Virus record (IMG/VR): IMGVR_UViG_3300048853_000105
Location: 1 to 57,587 of that record
Origin: a virus
Lineage: Duplodnaviria > Caudoviricetes
DNA: 57,587 bases
Strand: one strand, 5' to 3'
The notes under the pieces were generated by a model that searched no databases, was not told the DNA's origin, and worked only from the letters and a program-made list of their open reading frames with translations. The position numbers and the translations under genes are program-made. Shown here in pieces: positions 1 to 8,859 of the stretch (positions within the stretch are counted from its first letter, which is position 1; the number at the start of each line of letters is the position of its first letter).

Positions 1-31
1 TCAGCATAAAAGTGTTTTTTTTCCTGAAATG

Positions 32-66
32 AAAAAACCCGCCCTAGATAAGTCTAGGACGGGTTC
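32..66 (-). terminator. Intrinsic terminator downstream of the tRNA 3' fragment
   Basis: Arms AACCCGCCCTAGA / TCTAGGACGGGTT (one mismatch) with a U-tract on the minus strand. Confidence 0.75.
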
Positions 67-84
67 TGCGGAGAGTGGGGGATT
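67..84 (-). mobile_element. att core: 3' end of a tRNA-Ser gene
   Basis: Minus strand AATCCCCCACTCTCCGCA = T-arm 3' half plus acceptor strand typical of tRNA-Ser; the rest of the tRNA is absent; integrase at the other window end. Confidence 0.75.
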
Positions 85-154
85 TTTAAATTCGTCCGTA
101 CCGTCCATTAAGCCTTTTATTTTAATGTAAATGATGTTAGTTTGATCGGGTTTT

Positions 155-182
155 GTCCCCGCAAAGTCCCCAAATTGTACCC
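155..182. repeat. Putative integrase arm-type sites
   Basis: GTCCCC (155), GTCCCC (166), GTACCC (177) at 11-bp period beside the att core. Confidence 0.45.
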
Positions 183-183
183 T

Positions 184-579
184 TTAAGCGTTCAATTTTT
201 GCTTTAATTCGTAGAATGCATTGTGTAGAAGCATAAAATCAAGCTTCAGACCAGCAACCTGATCAATGAGTAGATTCTGATTAAGCTCGATAGATTTCAC
301 GTCTGTTACCAGGTTGGTTTTCTCCGGCACAATCTTTCTCCCGCCTTTACCAGTGAAGAACCACTGAAAGTTTAAGAGCAGCTTCTCATGTAAAATTCTA
401 ACTACATCTACCGAGATCACGAATTCTCCAGACTCGTAACGCTGAACAGTCGCCTGGTCCTTACCAAGAACCACACCCATTTGCGCTTGAGTTAGACCTT
501 CGGCTTTCCTGAATTCACGCAGGCGTTTGGCCTCAGATGTTAAAAATCGTTCTTTCTTTGGTTTAGTAGAGGTTCTCAT
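184..579 (-). CDS. XRE-family HTH regulator
   Basis: LREFRKAEGLTQAQMGVVLGKDQATVQRYESG. Confidence 0.85.
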   Translation of the reverse strand: MRTSTKPKKERFLTSEAKRLREFRKAEGLTQAQMGVVLGKDQATVQRYESGEFVISVDVVRILHEKLLLNFQWFFTGKGGRKIVPEKTNLVTDVKSIELNQNLLIDQVAGLKLDFMLLHNAFYELKQKLNA

Positions 580-580
580 A

Positions 581-763
581 TCAATTGTTGTTGGGGTCTT
601 TAGGTGTCAAATCTGGATTGTCTTTCAGAAACTGATCAATCACATCTCCTTCGGTTATTTGTATGTTTATTTTAAAGCTGGTGCTGAACGAGCCTGTACG
701 TGCAAACTCTTCATTCTCCAGGCGCTCCAATCTTTCTTCTTCCGATTCTTCGTTATTTTTCAT
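581..763 (-). CDS. Small acidic hypothetical protein
   Basis: Stop 1 nt from next start; fits leftward operon. Confidence 0.5.
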   Translation of the reverse strand: MKNNEESEEERLERLENEEFARTGSFSTSFKINIQITEGDVIDQFLKDNPDLTPKDPNNN

Positions 764-803
764 CAGTGGGTAGAGTTAGTTTTGATCGATAGTTTCAATT
801 TTA

Positions 804-1217
804 TTACTTTTTATATCTGGTATATTCACCTAACTCGTATTTCAGAATGTCAATGTTTTCTGTTGTTGATCCCTTTAACACTTGCCCGTTGAAATAAGTT
901 ATTTCGAATCTGACTAGATCTTTATCACTAAAGTCCATCTTACACCCACATATGTTTCTACCAGGTATCTCACCAGTGCCATCAACATAGGCGTAATAAA
1001 TTTCGACCCTTGTAGGAGAAGCGAAATAAATATATTCATAAAGAAGCTTTCGGGAAGGGTCAGGCGAGAACTCCTTCCTCCAAGTTGTATTTACAAGATT
1101 TCTACGATCAGGAACTATCTGGGGATTATCTTTGAAAGGTTGCTTTTCACTCTTCTTGCAAGAAGATAAACCGGTAACCATCAATGTAAATATTAATAGT
1201 AGTAGATATCTTTTCAT
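804..1217 (-). CDS. Lipoprotein (immunity operon)
   Basis: Signal peptide ending LSSC-KK. Confidence 0.75.
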   Translation of the reverse strand: MKRYLLLLIFTLMVTGLSSCKKSEKQPFKDNPQIVPDRRNLVNTTWRKEFSPDPSRKLLYEYIYFASPTRVEIYYAYVDGTGEIPGRNICGCKMDFSDKDLVRFEITYFNGQVLKGSTTENIDILKYELGEYTRYKK

Positions 1218-1271
1218 CGGCGTCGATTTTTTAATAAGCAGTGTTCAATTATATTCTTCATTATTTTCATG

Positions 1272-1853
1272 TTAATGATTCCACTTAAAATTTGAGATAT
1301 CAAATTCCATTACATGATTGCCTGACTGGTAGAATTCAGCTTCAATCAAAAGCTTATTGTGTTTCTTCAGTTTATTAATGACACTAGCCTCATTGCTTAA
1401 AAATACGATGTCATTGTCTCCACTTGAGGATTCTAAAAATTCATACCGCTTAGCGGGTAGATTATCAAACCTTAAGGTGACATAGTTGTCCTCATACCTT
1501 GAATTAAATTGACCCTTACTCACAGTAAGGTATATATCAATTCCACTTTGTTTCTTTCGGATATTCAAATTTGCAATGGATCCACCATCATACGGAAAAT
1601 CGAAATGTAAACGATCTTTCGCCGCAACCTGAGCATAGTAGACCTTTTTGGAAGTCATCTTATCTTCATCTTCGCTGTAATTCCAATTGTAAGAATTGTC
1701 AACGACTGCGGCAGAACTCAGCGTATCGGCGATGATAGCCGAGGAGTCTGTAAGGGCTGTGTCCGAAGTACCAGATGAACCTTCTCCACCTTTAGGAAGG
1801 CACCCGATGATCAGGGTTGATGCAATTGAGAGTAATAATAGTTGCTTTTTCAT
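1272..1853 (-). CDS. Lipoprotein, possible superinfection exclusion
   Basis: Signal peptide with IIGC, Ser/Thr linker, globular domain; directly downstream of repressor. Confidence 0.7.
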   Translation of the reverse strand: MKKQLLLLSIASTLIIGCLPKGGEGSSGTSDTALTDSSAIIADTLSSAAVVDNSYNWNYSEDEDKMTSKKVYYAQVAAKDRLHFDFPYDGGSIANLNIRKKQSGIDIYLTVSKGQFNSRYEDNYVTLRFDNLPAKRYEFLESSSGDNDIVFLSNEASVINKLKKHNKLLIEAEFYQSGNHVMEFDISNFKWNH

Positions 1854-1878
1854 TGAACGTTAATTATGGAGCTTGATA

Positions 1879-2568
1879 TTATATTTGGTCTTTTCTTATT
1901 TTTCCCTTAACTAAGTACATATTAAGTATGGCTTCTTTACGCACCTTGGTGTCACCTCGGTATTCGGGATTAGCAGCACGGAGAATCAAACAATTTGGAT
2001 CATCATCACATGGGTGTACTGTTTTCACGGTTCGCATATTGTTCTCTGTGGCATCTGTAATTACAAGGTATGCTTCTCCCCACTGCAAAGTATTTCGATT
2101 CAAGACCTCTTTAACTGCGATGATTTCTCCGCTCGAGAACTTCGGGTACATGCTGTCCCCGTAAATTGGAAAGTAAGCAATACAGTCGTTGAATGGTTTA
2201 AAATCGACGTAGAAGGAGGGATTTTCTTTGATGTCATCAAAACTTCCAACTAAGGAGCCGGTGACATCGCTTTCATAGAAAGGTACGTGGTTTTCAGTTT
2301 TCATTTGAGAGGTTATTCCTTTTATTAAATAGTCTAGCGAAACATCAAACGCGTTTGATATTTCCGTTAGCATGTCAGTACTGGGGGTTGGGTATTTATG
2401 CTTTTTCTTGTCTTCATCTGTCATTCTTGGATCAATAGAAAATAATCGATTCAACTTTTGGGGTGAGTTGTAGCCCAGGTCCTTAGCGCACTGGGTAACG
2501 TTACCTTTATATTTCTCTTGAATCAGGTCTTTAATCCGCTGATTTATGCCAGGTAAAATGTTTTCCAT
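1879..2568 (-). CDS. cI: CI-like repressor (HTH + S24 peptidase)
   Basis: GDSMYP catalytic Ser motif, later TVK Lys, N-terminal HTH; start placed at MENILPG. Confidence 0.88.
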   Translation of the reverse strand: MENILPGINQRIKDLIQEKYKGNVTQCAKDLGYNSPQKLNRLFSIDPRMTDEDKKKHKYPTPSTDMLTEISNAFDVSLDYLIKGITSQMKTENHVPFYESDVTGSLVGSFDDIKENPSFYVDFKPFNDCIAYFPIYGDSMYPKFSSGEIIAVKEVLNRNTLQWGEAYLVITDATENNMRTVKTVHPCDDDPNCLILRAANPEYRGDTKVRKEAILNMYLVKGKIRKDQI

Positions 2569-2581
2569 ATTTATTTTATCA

Positions 2582-2642
2582 AACATGTTGTATATATCAT
2601 CAAACATGTTTAGATTTGTATTGTACAATTAAAACAAAGGTA
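2582..2642. promoter_or_regulatory. Genetic switch: two AACATGTT palindromes with rightward and leftward promoter elements
   Basis: AACATGTT at 2582 and 2603; TAGATTTG (+, 2611-2618); TACCTTTG (-, 2635-2642). Confidence 0.6.
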
Positions 2643-2682
2643 ATTAAAACCAACAGAACCAACTATCCCAAATAAGTACTAT

Positions 2683-2937
2683 ATGCTGCATCACTACACT
2701 TATCCTGCATTTTTGCCTCCTCCGTTTGGAATTGAAAAATTAACTCCAATGGAGCAGGAGATCATCAAGCGATCGCACCTTGATGACAAGATCATTGCTG
2801 ATTCATTATTCATCAGCTATCATACTGTTAAAACACATAATCAGAATATCCGAAAGAAGACCGGGCTTAAGAATAAGCATGAGTTCAACAGGTGGTATTC
2901 TCAAACTACATACAATGGAAGAGATAACATTAATTGA
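2683..2937 (+). CDS. LuxR/GerE-type HTH protein in Cro position
   Basis: LTPMEQEI...KIIADSLFISYHTVKTHNQNIRKK. Confidence 0.8.
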   Translation: MLHHYTYPAFLPPPFGIEKLTPMEQEIIKRSHLDDKIIADSLFISYHTVKTHNQNIRKKTGLKNKHEFNRWYSQTTYNGRDNIN

Positions 2938-3136
2938 GCCGCCTAAGGAAAGATTCTCCTGGTCAAAAGAGATACTTAAGCTCGATGAGGGTAGCAAGTT
3001 TAAAGCACGCAAGCAATACGCTGGTTCTATCGCTCCAGTCATAAGTAGAGACATCAGGCTCAAGGCGCCTGATCGTGAATACAGTATTGACACCACATCA
3101 GATCCGGAATTCATCATTATAGAGCGTGATAAGTAA
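2915..3136 (+). CDS. Hypothetical early protein
   Basis: ATG 2915 (MEEITLIE), operon-coupled. Confidence 0.6.
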   Translation: MEEITLIEPPKERFSWSKEILKLDEGSKFKARKQYAGSIAPVISRDIRLKAPDREYSIDTTSDPEFIIIERDK

Positions 3137-3138
3137 TT

Positions 3139-3345
3139 ATGGGAAAGCAATCGAAAAAGAAGAAAATCAAGGCTCTTGAAAATGAGGTATCGACATTAAG
3201 AGCATCGTTAGAGCGGTTGATGGAATACATTGGGTACGATGGCGAGGAACACGTTCCTGTGCAGTTGATCCAGATAGAACCTTACATCGAGTTCCAGAAG
3301 AAACTTAGAGAAACTGAAGCCAAATATGCTTCACAAGCCAGTTAA
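3139..3345 (+). CDS. Hypothetical protein
   Basis: Tight operon spacing. Confidence 0.6.
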   Translation: MGKQSKKKKIKALENEVSTLRASLERLMEYIGYDGEEHVPVQLIQIEPYIEFQKKLRETEAKYASQAS

Positions 3346-3347
3346 AG

Positions 3348-3551
3348 ATGCAAATAGCTTATTTAAACAAAGGAAAGATAAAGGCCAAATCAAGGAATCA
3401 AGAGATTCTGGAGGCGATTTATCTGAGGGATATCCGCAAGTCTTACAACAAGAATCGGAAGGAACTCAATTCAATTGGGATAAGCGAGACTGACTTTGTA
3501 GCTGACATGAAGAAGGAAATCGGCACCAGCCACGGCATCTTCGGATACTAA
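3348..3551 (+). CDS. Hypothetical protein
   Basis: Tight operon spacing. Confidence 0.6.
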   Translation: MQIAYLNKGKIKAKSRNQEILEAIYLRDIRKSYNKNRKELNSIGISETDFVADMKKEIGTSHGIFGY

Positions 3552-3615
3552 AAAAGGGCATCTACTACCAATAGACACCCTTCTGAAAATTAAGTAAATA
3601 CCTAATTCTGCTATA
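3550..3615 (-). ncRNA. Predicted cis-antisense RNA
   Basis: Minus-strand TACTTTTG (3622-3629); terminator AAGGGTGTCTA-TTGGTAG-TAGATGCCCTT-T4. Confidence 0.55.
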
Positions 3616-3617
3616 CA

Positions 3618-3782
3618 ATGACAAAAGTAGTCACTAATACCCAAACAACCAAGAACGTAGAGCTACCAATCTGCTGGACCTGTTCCAGGGTGGTCGTTCC
3701 ATCAGAAGAATCAAGAACCTGGTACCGCTTTTCATTCTGCAGCCTCTGCTGCTATGATGCATTCAAAGCCAAATTCAGTTAG
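3618..3782 (+). CDS. 54-aa Cys-rich (zinc-finger-like) protein, absent from ORF track
   Basis: MTKVV...CWTC...FCSLCCY; stop 2 nt before next ATG. Confidence 0.65.
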   Translation: MTKVVTNTQTTKNVELPICWTCSRVVVPSEESRTWYRFSFCSLCCYDAFKAKFS

Positions 3783-3784
3783 CC

Positions 3785-3982
3785 ATGGATAATCACACAG
3801 CTAAAATCAAAGAGATCCTTAGAGGCATCGACGATGAGATCGAGCAGTATGAGAAAGCCCAGGCTGAAGCTTATGAGCATGCAAAGTTTGTCTCCGGCAA
3901 CATCGCTGGGCTGAGAAGAGCCCGGACAACATTAGAAATATTCTTTCACAACGATTTAAAGGAGGAAACGCAACATGTATAA
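3785..3982 (+). CDS. Hypothetical coiled-coil protein
   Basis: Operon-coupled ORF. Confidence 0.6.
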   Translation: MDNHTAKIKEILRGIDDEIEQYEKAQAEAYEHAKFVSGNIAGLRRARTTLEIFFHNDLKEETQHV

Positions 3983-4202
3983 CGCAACAGATGATCTAAC
4001 AGATCGGGACAAGGTAGTATTCCAGTACCGGAGCCTCATGAAGAACAAGTTTAAAACTGAAGCGGAGATCGAACGATCAGTCGCTAAAGAAAAGGATTTC
4101 CGCAAAAGCTGGAAGTACGCGGTCATGGACATGGCAATCGGAATTCTGATCATGATCATTTATGGCCTTGTCATGTGCCTTCCGGTCCTCCTGAGTAAAT
4201 AA
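3975..4202 (+). CDS. Hypothetical membrane protein
   Basis: C-terminal hydrophobic helix. Confidence 0.6.
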   Translation: MYNATDDLTDRDKVVFQYRSLMKNKFKTEAEIERSVAKEKDFRKSWKYAVMDMAIGILIMIIYGLVMCLPVLLSK

Positions 4203-4229
4203 TTGAGTAACCTATTAAACCATAATACA

Positions 4230-5228
4230 ATGTCAAATCAAATCACAGTAACATCGAACTACATCAAAGGCTTAAAGCCTGCTGCAGTTGCCACCGATTC
4301 GGCCATCGGAGAGCACTTCGTTAATAAGTTTATGGCTATGTACCGAGTTCCAAAAGAACAGGCTACAGCCTTTTATGAGCGCGAAAAAGATAACTTTCTA
4401 AAACGCATAAGCGATAGTGAAGACCTCCAGGCTTGTACACCAATGTCAATCTTCCTTGCTTTTATGCAAGTAGGAGGCTGGCAGCTAAGCTTCGAGGCTG
4501 GTAACCAAAGCGAGGTTTACCTTATCCCCGGTAACAGAAACATTGCCGCTAAGAACCAGCCTGACCAGTGGATTAAAGAAGTTGTGGCCCAGCCAACACC
4601 ATGGGGAGAAAAGAAGATCCGTATCCAAAACGGCCAGATCAAAGATGCCGCAAAACCGATCATCGTTTGCAAAGGTGATACTTATGAAGAGTACACAGAC
4701 GAAAATGGAAACCTTAGGGTTAAATGGGCAAAAGGAGATCGCGGTGATAAGCCGGTGATCATTGGATCATTCATCCGGATAGAAAAGCCTGATGGATCCT
4801 ATGAGATAAAAACGTTTGACATGTCAGATGTTGCTAAATGGAAGGCTTCATCTGAGAATAAAAACGCCAAGTGGGATGCTGGACTTGGCAGAAAGGTACC
4901 TGGTAAAGCTAATGCTCTTTACACCTCCAACAATGGCCAAATTGATAAGCTATTCTTTGAAGGTAAAACCCTGAAGCACGCCTTCAAATCTTACCCGAAA
5001 GTGGTAAATGCTCCAAAGTTACCTGAAACATTTGTACCTGCTGGTAGCGATGCGATCCGACAAGGATTTGATGTCTCTGAATTTACGGATGCTGAAGAAA
5101 CCACTTACGAGCAAATGCCTGATGACCAAAAAGACGAGTTCAGCCAGGCGCTTGAAGAGGAATCTAGGCCTGAACAAGTTCAAACAAAGCAATTCGCAGG
5201 TCACGACGACGATGAACCAGAATTTTAA
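4230..5228 (+). CDS. RecT-like single-strand annealing protein
   Basis: LQACTPMSI, VYLIP, KTLKHAFK motifs; acidic tail ending EPEF. Confidence 0.7.
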   Translation: MSNQITVTSNYIKGLKPAAVATDSAIGEHFVNKFMAMYRVPKEQATAFYEREKDNFLKRISDSEDLQACTPMSIFLAFMQVGGWQLSFEAGNQSEVYLIPGNRNIAAKNQPDQWIKEVVAQPTPWGEKKIRIQNGQIKDAAKPIIVCKGDTYEEYTDENGNLRVKWAKGDRGDKPVIIGSFIRIEKPDGSYEIKTFDMSDVAKWKASSENKNAKWDAGLGRKVPGKANALYTSNNGQIDKLFFEGKTLKHAFKSYPKVVNAPKLPETFVPAGSDAIRQGFDVSEFTDAEETTYEQMPDDQKDEFSQALEEESRPEQVQTKQFAGHDDDEPEF

Positions 5229-5247
5229 TTAACCCGATTCATAAACC

Positions 5248-5307
5248 AGGCGGCCGCCAAAGTAAAAACCAAATCTTGTAAAAATGCAACGGCCGCCTTT
5301 ACTTTTT
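5248..5307 (+). terminator. Large-loop hairpin/terminator
   Basis: AGGCGGCCG / CGGCCGCCT, 33-nt loop, T-rich tail. Confidence 0.5.
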
Positions 5308-5322
5308 CCAATCCTTTAAACC

Positions 5323-6555
5323 ATGTCAAATACAACTACAACCGAAGTACAAAAAATTGATGTGACTGAGATCGCATCCACCATGCAAGGAGCGGGAGAG
5401 GTTCTTTCCAAAAATGAGAACCTAGCCCTTAAAGCCGTAACTGGTGCCGAGCAGCTGCTTGATACGATCGAAGCTGAAGGTATGAGTGATGAACTTGATG
5501 CAGCCTTAAACTCTTGGCAGGTAAAAGCTAAAGAAGCTGTTGGCATCATGAATAAGCGCCGTTCTCCAATTACGCAGATCATGACAAAAATGGCAAAATA
5601 CTTTACCGAACAGGAAGCAAAGCTTGATCCTGCTAAAGCTGATAGCGTTTATGCCAAAATCCAGCTTAAGCGTAATGCCTGGGCAAGACAGAAGGCTGAT
5701 GAGGCCAAAAAGAAAGAGCAGGAGATCCTTCGCCAGCAAAGTATTGCCAAGGAGCGCGTCTCGTTTAAAGCTGACGTTGAAAGCCATATCCGTAGGATCT
5801 ATGGTGAGAAGCTATTTGCTTTCAAACAGTTCGCTGTTAAAATCTACAACAGCCTTACCCTTGAAAATGCTGCTGAGGTAAAGAAAAGCATCGGTGCGGT
5901 GAAGATCAGTTACCCACTCGACAAGTTCAACGAGATTGAACCAGCTGGAGCCTTTGCCGTTCACCTTTCTGCTGAAGATCAAAAGCAGATCATTGTTGAG
6001 GTTCGCGATGCACTTTATGATGAGCTCGCAGCTAATTTCCGGGAGAATATGGAAGCTGAAAAGGAACGTTTGCTCGATCTTATCCCTTCCAGATTAAACG
6101 AGCTAAAGGAAATCGCCAAAGCAGGTGAGGAGCAAAAGAAAAGACTAGAGGAAGAAGCAGAGCGCCGCCGTGTAGCTGATGAAGCTCGTCAAAAACAGGA
6201 AGCTGCAGAACAGGCCAAACGTGATCAGGAGAATATTGCAGCTAAAACACAGCTTGAAACTGCTACCACCTTGTTTGACACAGCTGCTCAGATGGCTGAA
6301 ATCAAGAATGATTCACCGGCACGTGTGCGTGAAGGTTACAAGATCATCGTTCACAACGCTGCTGGTTGGGGTGCTGTGTTCATGATGTACTTCGAAAATG
6401 AAGGTCAGAAATTGGATGTGGAAACCATGGGTAAAAAGACAATGAACCAAATGAAGGCATTTGCTGAAAAGCATGCCCACAAGACCGGAACCTTTATAGT
6501 GAGCGATCACCTTTTTTACGAAGAGGAATTTAAAGCTGTAGCTACCAAATCTTAG
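5323..6555 (+). CDS. Coiled-coil recombination-module protein (possibly Gam/DUF1351-like)
   Basis: Long helical E/K/A-rich ORF between RecT-like and exonuclease genes. Confidence 0.5.
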   Translation: MSNTTTTEVQKIDVTEIASTMQGAGEVLSKNENLALKAVTGAEQLLDTIEAEGMSDELDAALNSWQVKAKEAVGIMNKRRSPITQIMTKMAKYFTEQEAKLDPAKADSVYAKIQLKRNAWARQKADEAKKKEQEILRQQSIAKERVSFKADVESHIRRIYGEKLFAFKQFAVKIYNSLTLENAAEVKKSIGAVKISYPLDKFNEIEPAGAFAVHLSAEDQKQIIVEVRDALYDELAANFRENMEAEKERLLDLIPSRLNELKEIAKAGEEQKKRLEEEAERRRVADEARQKQEAAEQAKRDQENIAAKTQLETATTLFDTAAQMAEIKNDSPARVREGYKIIVHNAAGWGAVFMMYFENEGQKLDVETMGKKTMNQMKAFAEKHAHKTGTFIVSDHLFYEEEFKAVATKS

Positions 6556-6556
6556 T

Positions 6557-7093
6557 ATGATGGAAAACTGGAAGGATGTTGTAGGATTTGAACGGTACCA
6601 GGTGAGCGATTTAGGACATGTTAGAGTTAAGGACATAATTGTGGGTGCCAGAGGAAATACCACCGCAAAGCGAAAAGCTAGAATACTTAGGCCTGGGCTA
6701 AACGGAGGTGGTTACCCGATGGTTAGGCTAACGCTTGTTCCATACGTAACCAAAATGAAGCTTGTTCATAGACTTGTTGCTCAAGCATTCATTCCGAATC
6801 CTGAAAACTTTGAGGCTGTAAACCACAAAGACTGCGACCGAGCGAATGCCGCGGCGGTAAATCTGGAATGGTGTACTGATAGCTATAATAACAAGTTTGC
6901 GTACGACGAAGGTTATAAGAATCCAAACTTCAAGAAAATTGAGCTACTAGATGATAGTGGATCACTTCGACATTGCTTCGAAAGCATAAAGGAAGCTTGT
7001 GAGTTTCTAGGTAAAACCCAGAGCGGATATGTGCAGCAAGCCATGCGTGATGGTTACAAATGCTACGGTTTCAAGTGGAGATACGCATTATGA
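6557..7093 (+). CDS. NUMOD4-HNH homing endonuclease
   Basis: ENWKDV..YQVSDLG; VHRLVAQAFIPN; VNHKD..N...NLEW. Confidence 0.9.
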   Translation: MMENWKDVVGFERYQVSDLGHVRVKDIIVGARGNTTAKRKARILRPGLNGGGYPMVRLTLVPYVTKMKLVHRLVAQAFIPNPENFEAVNHKDCDRANAAAVNLEWCTDSYNNKFAYDEGYKNPNFKKIELLDDSGSLRHCFESIKEACEFLGKTQSGYVQQAMRDGYKCYGFKWRYAL

Positions 7094-7761
7094 TACAGGA
7101 TCCATACTTTGGCAGGCCGGAGGTTTCCAATTCAGACCTTTCTGCTCTTCAGGAAATGCTTAATCCTAAGCCGCAATTAGGCAACAAGGAATATGCGTAT
7201 GCCTTTGGAACGCTACTGGATAATCTCATTACTGAGCCTGACAAAGTTGACATGTTCAACCTGAAGGTTCAGTATCAAACTTATCCTTACACGGCTGAGG
7301 ATTTCGAACTGGCCAAAGCTATGAAGAGAGCTTACCTGAAAGATCCATTCTGCAAAATGATTAACGATGCTGCAGACTTTCAGGCGATATCCATCAGGTA
7401 CAATTGGATTATGAATTACAACGGCTTTGACTTTACGTTAAGCGCCGGTACCCGATGTAAATGGGACCTACTTGTAAAAGCTTGGAAGATGGGAGGGGAT
7501 ATCAAATCAACTGCAGCTGAGACACAATCTCAATTTGAGGCTGCATGCGAGCACTTCGGCTATTTCAGAAGCCGCGCATGGTACATGGATATCGAAGGCA
7601 CCAACAAGGACATGCTTATCGGCATCAGTAAAAAGAACCAGAAGGTATTCAAGATAGCCATAAACCGGGGTGATAAGCTTTACCTGCATGGGAAGGCTCA
7701 ATATGAAGAGTTGGCATTCAAGTACTGGATGCTTTTTGATGGACTTAAAATTACAGCATAA
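7090..7761 (+). CDS. PD-(D/E)XK exonuclease (RecE/ExoVIII-like)
   Basis: FGTLLD, RCKWD, DIKST, YFRSRAWY; ATGA overlap with HNH stop. Confidence 0.75.
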   Translation: MIQDPYFGRPEVSNSDLSALQEMLNPKPQLGNKEYAYAFGTLLDNLITEPDKVDMFNLKVQYQTYPYTAEDFELAKAMKRAYLKDPFCKMINDAADFQAISIRYNWIMNYNGFDFTLSAGTRCKWDLLVKAWKMGGDIKSTAAETQSQFEAACEHFGYFRSRAWYMDIEGTNKDMLIGISKKNQKVFKIAINRGDKLYLHGKAQYEELAFKYWMLFDGLKITA

Positions 7762-8258
7762 TGGAAAATACAATCGAGAATAAAGCGAAGTTCTTCGCGC
7801 ACTACTGGCTTCAAGAAGTACTTATCGATAATATAGGCAAAAAAAGGTATGTAGCAATTCAAGTTGCAGCAGGTTGGTGCGGCATGAATAAGTCATACTT
7901 AGAACTCAAACACCTTTCATCAATAACAGATGAAGATGCTCTTGAGCTAGCCAAAATAGCATTGTACGATCCAAGCATTGAAGAATGGAATGCTGATGAA
8001 GTATGGACAGGCGAAGGCGATATGGACAGCTTAGGTAACCATTATCTCGAAATCGGTATGCGCTGTTGGACTGGAGTTCTGAATATAAATGATCGAACTG
8101 GTACGATAACCCTGCATGACGATGATGGTGCAGCAAAGGAAATATATAACCTCTCGGACATTTTTGATTGCCTTCGTCTTAAAGGCTATGCAGTTAGGTG
8201 GAACGGACTTTCCGTCGAAGAGCAAGTTGATCTTGGATGGATAAAACTTACCGAATAA
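7761..8258 (+). CDS. Hypothetical phage protein
   Basis: TAATG coupling. Confidence 0.7.
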   Translation: MENTIENKAKFFAHYWLQEVLIDNIGKKRYVAIQVAAGWCGMNKSYLELKHLSSITDEDALELAKIALYDPSIEEWNADEVWTGEGDMDSLGNHYLEIGMRCWTGVLNINDRTGTITLHDDDGAAKEIYNLSDIFDCLRLKGYAVRWNGLSVEEQVDLGWIKLTE

Positions 8259-8437
8259 TGGATCTTAAAGCCTACGCGGAACTGGTAGAGCGGATGCGTA
8301 AAGCACAAACCCAGTATTTCAGAACGAGGTCAAGCTATGATCTGAACCTTTCAAAGAAGCTCGAAAGAGAAGTGGACGAGGCCACAGAATCAATCCTCGG
8401 ACCTGACAGAATTAAAAATCAAACATCATTATTCTAA
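8258..8437 (+). CDS. Small hypothetical protein
   Basis: TAATG-coupled at both ends. Confidence 0.7.
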   Translation: MDLKAYAELVERMRKAQTQYFRTRSSYDLNLSKKLEREVDEATESILGPDRIKNQTSLF

Positions 8438-8847
8438 TGTATAAAGTAATCCTACCATCCGGCACCCATGCCATAGATGATGTCCTGCAAGGCTTTGACA
8501 TCATTGAAAAACCATCATCAAACGTAGCCTTTGTCGCCACTTGCATGATCACCCTTCAAATGTACGTCCAATTTAAGAATGGATTTGGCTACATGTATTC
8601 TGAAGTTGACCTGGACACGCTTTCTGCTGTCAGTGCAGTTGATAGCATCGGCAAATTCATCAGCTCCAAAGTGGTTAAGAAGTTCCCGAGTGAAAAGATG
8701 GAGAAGCCGCTAGTTAAGAAATATCTGGAGCCATTATACACCCAGGAAGATTACGAGAATAAAAAGAGAGATGATGAAATGATCAGTCAGTCGATGGCTG
8801 CACATGGAAAATCAATCTTCGACGATCTCGACGAACCTACATTTTAA
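8437..8847 (+). CDS. KTSC-like domain protein
   Basis: SSNV...YVQFKNG..YMYSEV...SIGKFI. Confidence 0.65.
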   Translation: MYKVILPSGTHAIDDVLQGFDIIEKPSSNVAFVATCMITLQMYVQFKNGFGYMYSEVDLDTLSAVSAVDSIGKFISSKVVKKFPSEKMEKPLVKKYLEPLYTQEDYENKKRDDEMISQSMAAHGKSIFDDLDEPTF

Positions 8848-8859
8848 TTTAATCACTAT

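Noticed and set aside
6557-7093. Recoded-tail duplication or group I intron around the first HNH gene
   Set aside because: No duplicated peptide, and the ORF abuts both neighbours with no room for an intron core
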